This document shows, in pieces, positions 63,182-64,000 of a stretch of 64,000 nt of DNA; within the stretch, counting starts at the first letter, position 1, and every line of letters starts with the position of its first letter. Location: contig JAUVNS010000006.1 of the NCBI GenBank assembly GCA_030599585.1, positions 236,430 through 300,429 on the forward strand. The letters are read 5' to 3'. The notes under the pieces are model-generated. The model was not told the origin of the DNA and ran no database searches. It saw nothing but the letters and a program-made list of their open reading frames with translations. The position numbers and the translations under genes were made by a program. Source of the DNA: Promethearchaeota archaeon. Its GTDB lineage: Archaea; Asgardarchaeota; Lokiarchaeia; Sigyniarchaeales; SOKP01.

Positions 63182-63427
63182 TTGAATTTTGTCGGTACTG
63201 AAAACATACACCATACACCTTCAACTGAAATTTCAGAAGATAATACTATTGGTATTTGCCCAACTTGTAATAAAAGATATAAGATAACCCAAGATAAGTC
63301 TATGAATAAAGAAAGTCTGATTGATTGGTTTAAAAAATACATCACAGAAAATAAACAAAATTTTACTTTAGATTGGTTGAGAGGGCAAAAATTAACATTT
63401 GAATCCGTTAATGAGATGAGAAAATAA
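63182..63427 (+). CDS. Small hypothetical protein with CPTC motif
   Basis: 81 aa with TTG start; may be a fragment. Confidence 0.35.
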   Translation: MNFVGTENIHHTPSTEISEDNTIGICPTCNKRYKITQDKSMNKESLIDWFKKYITENKQNFTLDWLRGQKLTFESVNEMRK

Positions 63428-63637
63428 TATATCTTATAGAGGATGAAATATATTTACATTCAGCAATTCCAATATTTTACCCTAAACCCAACTTTTAGTA
63501 TAACTAAATTTTAAATATAGATCCTAATATTATATTTTTAACACCTTTGTCATATTTTTTTTAAAAAAAATGATTTATAAAAGAAGTGTGTGAAAAAACT
63601 TCATATAAAAACAGTTTTTAAAAAGGAAGTAAAAAAA

Positions 63638-64000
63638 ATGAGAAACAGTAATATTAATTTAACAATTTTAGGAATTCTTTTGATTTCTTTAGGCATTGAT
63701 AGTAATAACTTAAGCGAGATTCTATTACCAAATGACAATGTTCATAATAACATTAATGTTTTAAGTCCCATAAGGGCAGATCTTGTAAGTCATTCTCCCA
63801 TCGATATAGACGGGAATGCAGATTTTGCCGCTCAAGCGTTGGCGGAAGGGTGGGATGGGAATGGAACAGAAAGTAATCCCTATCGGATAGAAGGCTATTA
63901 TATCGTAGCAATGGGACCGTCAGGTATAAAGATTAGTAACACGGATGTCTATTTCATCATTGAAAATTGTCACTTAGAAGCTTCACTAAGTAATGGGGAA
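63638..64000 (+). CDS. Secreted NosD/beta-helix surface protein, runs off the window end
   Basis: Manual translation gives a signal peptide, HSPIDIDGNADF...GWDGNGTESNPYRIEG and FIIENC, the same family as 26784-28184. Confidence 0.85.
   Translation, partial: MRNSNINLTILGILLISLGIDSNNLSEILLPNDNVHNNINVLSPIRADLVSHSPIDIDGNADFAAQALAEGWDGNGTESNPYRIEGYYIVAMGPSGIKISNTDVYFIIENCHLEASLSNGE

Overview
This is an AT-rich archaeal window, most likely from an Asgard archaeon (Lokiarchaeia-like). That call is inferred from two Rab-like small GTPases, longin-like 'LISGFLSAI..F' domains, a giant surface protein with a cytoplasmic longin/wHTH tail, and wHTH-TPR proteins. Positions 1-40 kb are mostly metabolic, surface and signalling genes with several local duplications. 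The standout is a minus-strand retron-like locus at about 40.5-48.2 kb: metallophosphoesterase, 987-aa helical-repeat protein, SWIM Zn-finger protein and a retron-type reverse transcriptase split by a single +1 frameshift at ATT-TGA-A. An unannotated tandem array of three ~190-210 nt structured elements follows downstream of the RT. Each element has retron msr-msd architecture: co-varying terminal inverted repeats, a bulged candidate branching G, an RNA-side hairpin, and a long DNA-side hairpin with a variable stem and a conserved CCGAAGG(A/T)T(A/C)CAT loop. A TPR cluster, a secreted EEP nuclease and a second putative defence module (NurA, HerA, Zn-finger/wHTH, AAA+/PD-(D/E)xK, NucS-like) follow. 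No rRNA, tRNA, CRISPR array or transposase was recognised. All calls come from reading motifs by eye; no searches were run.
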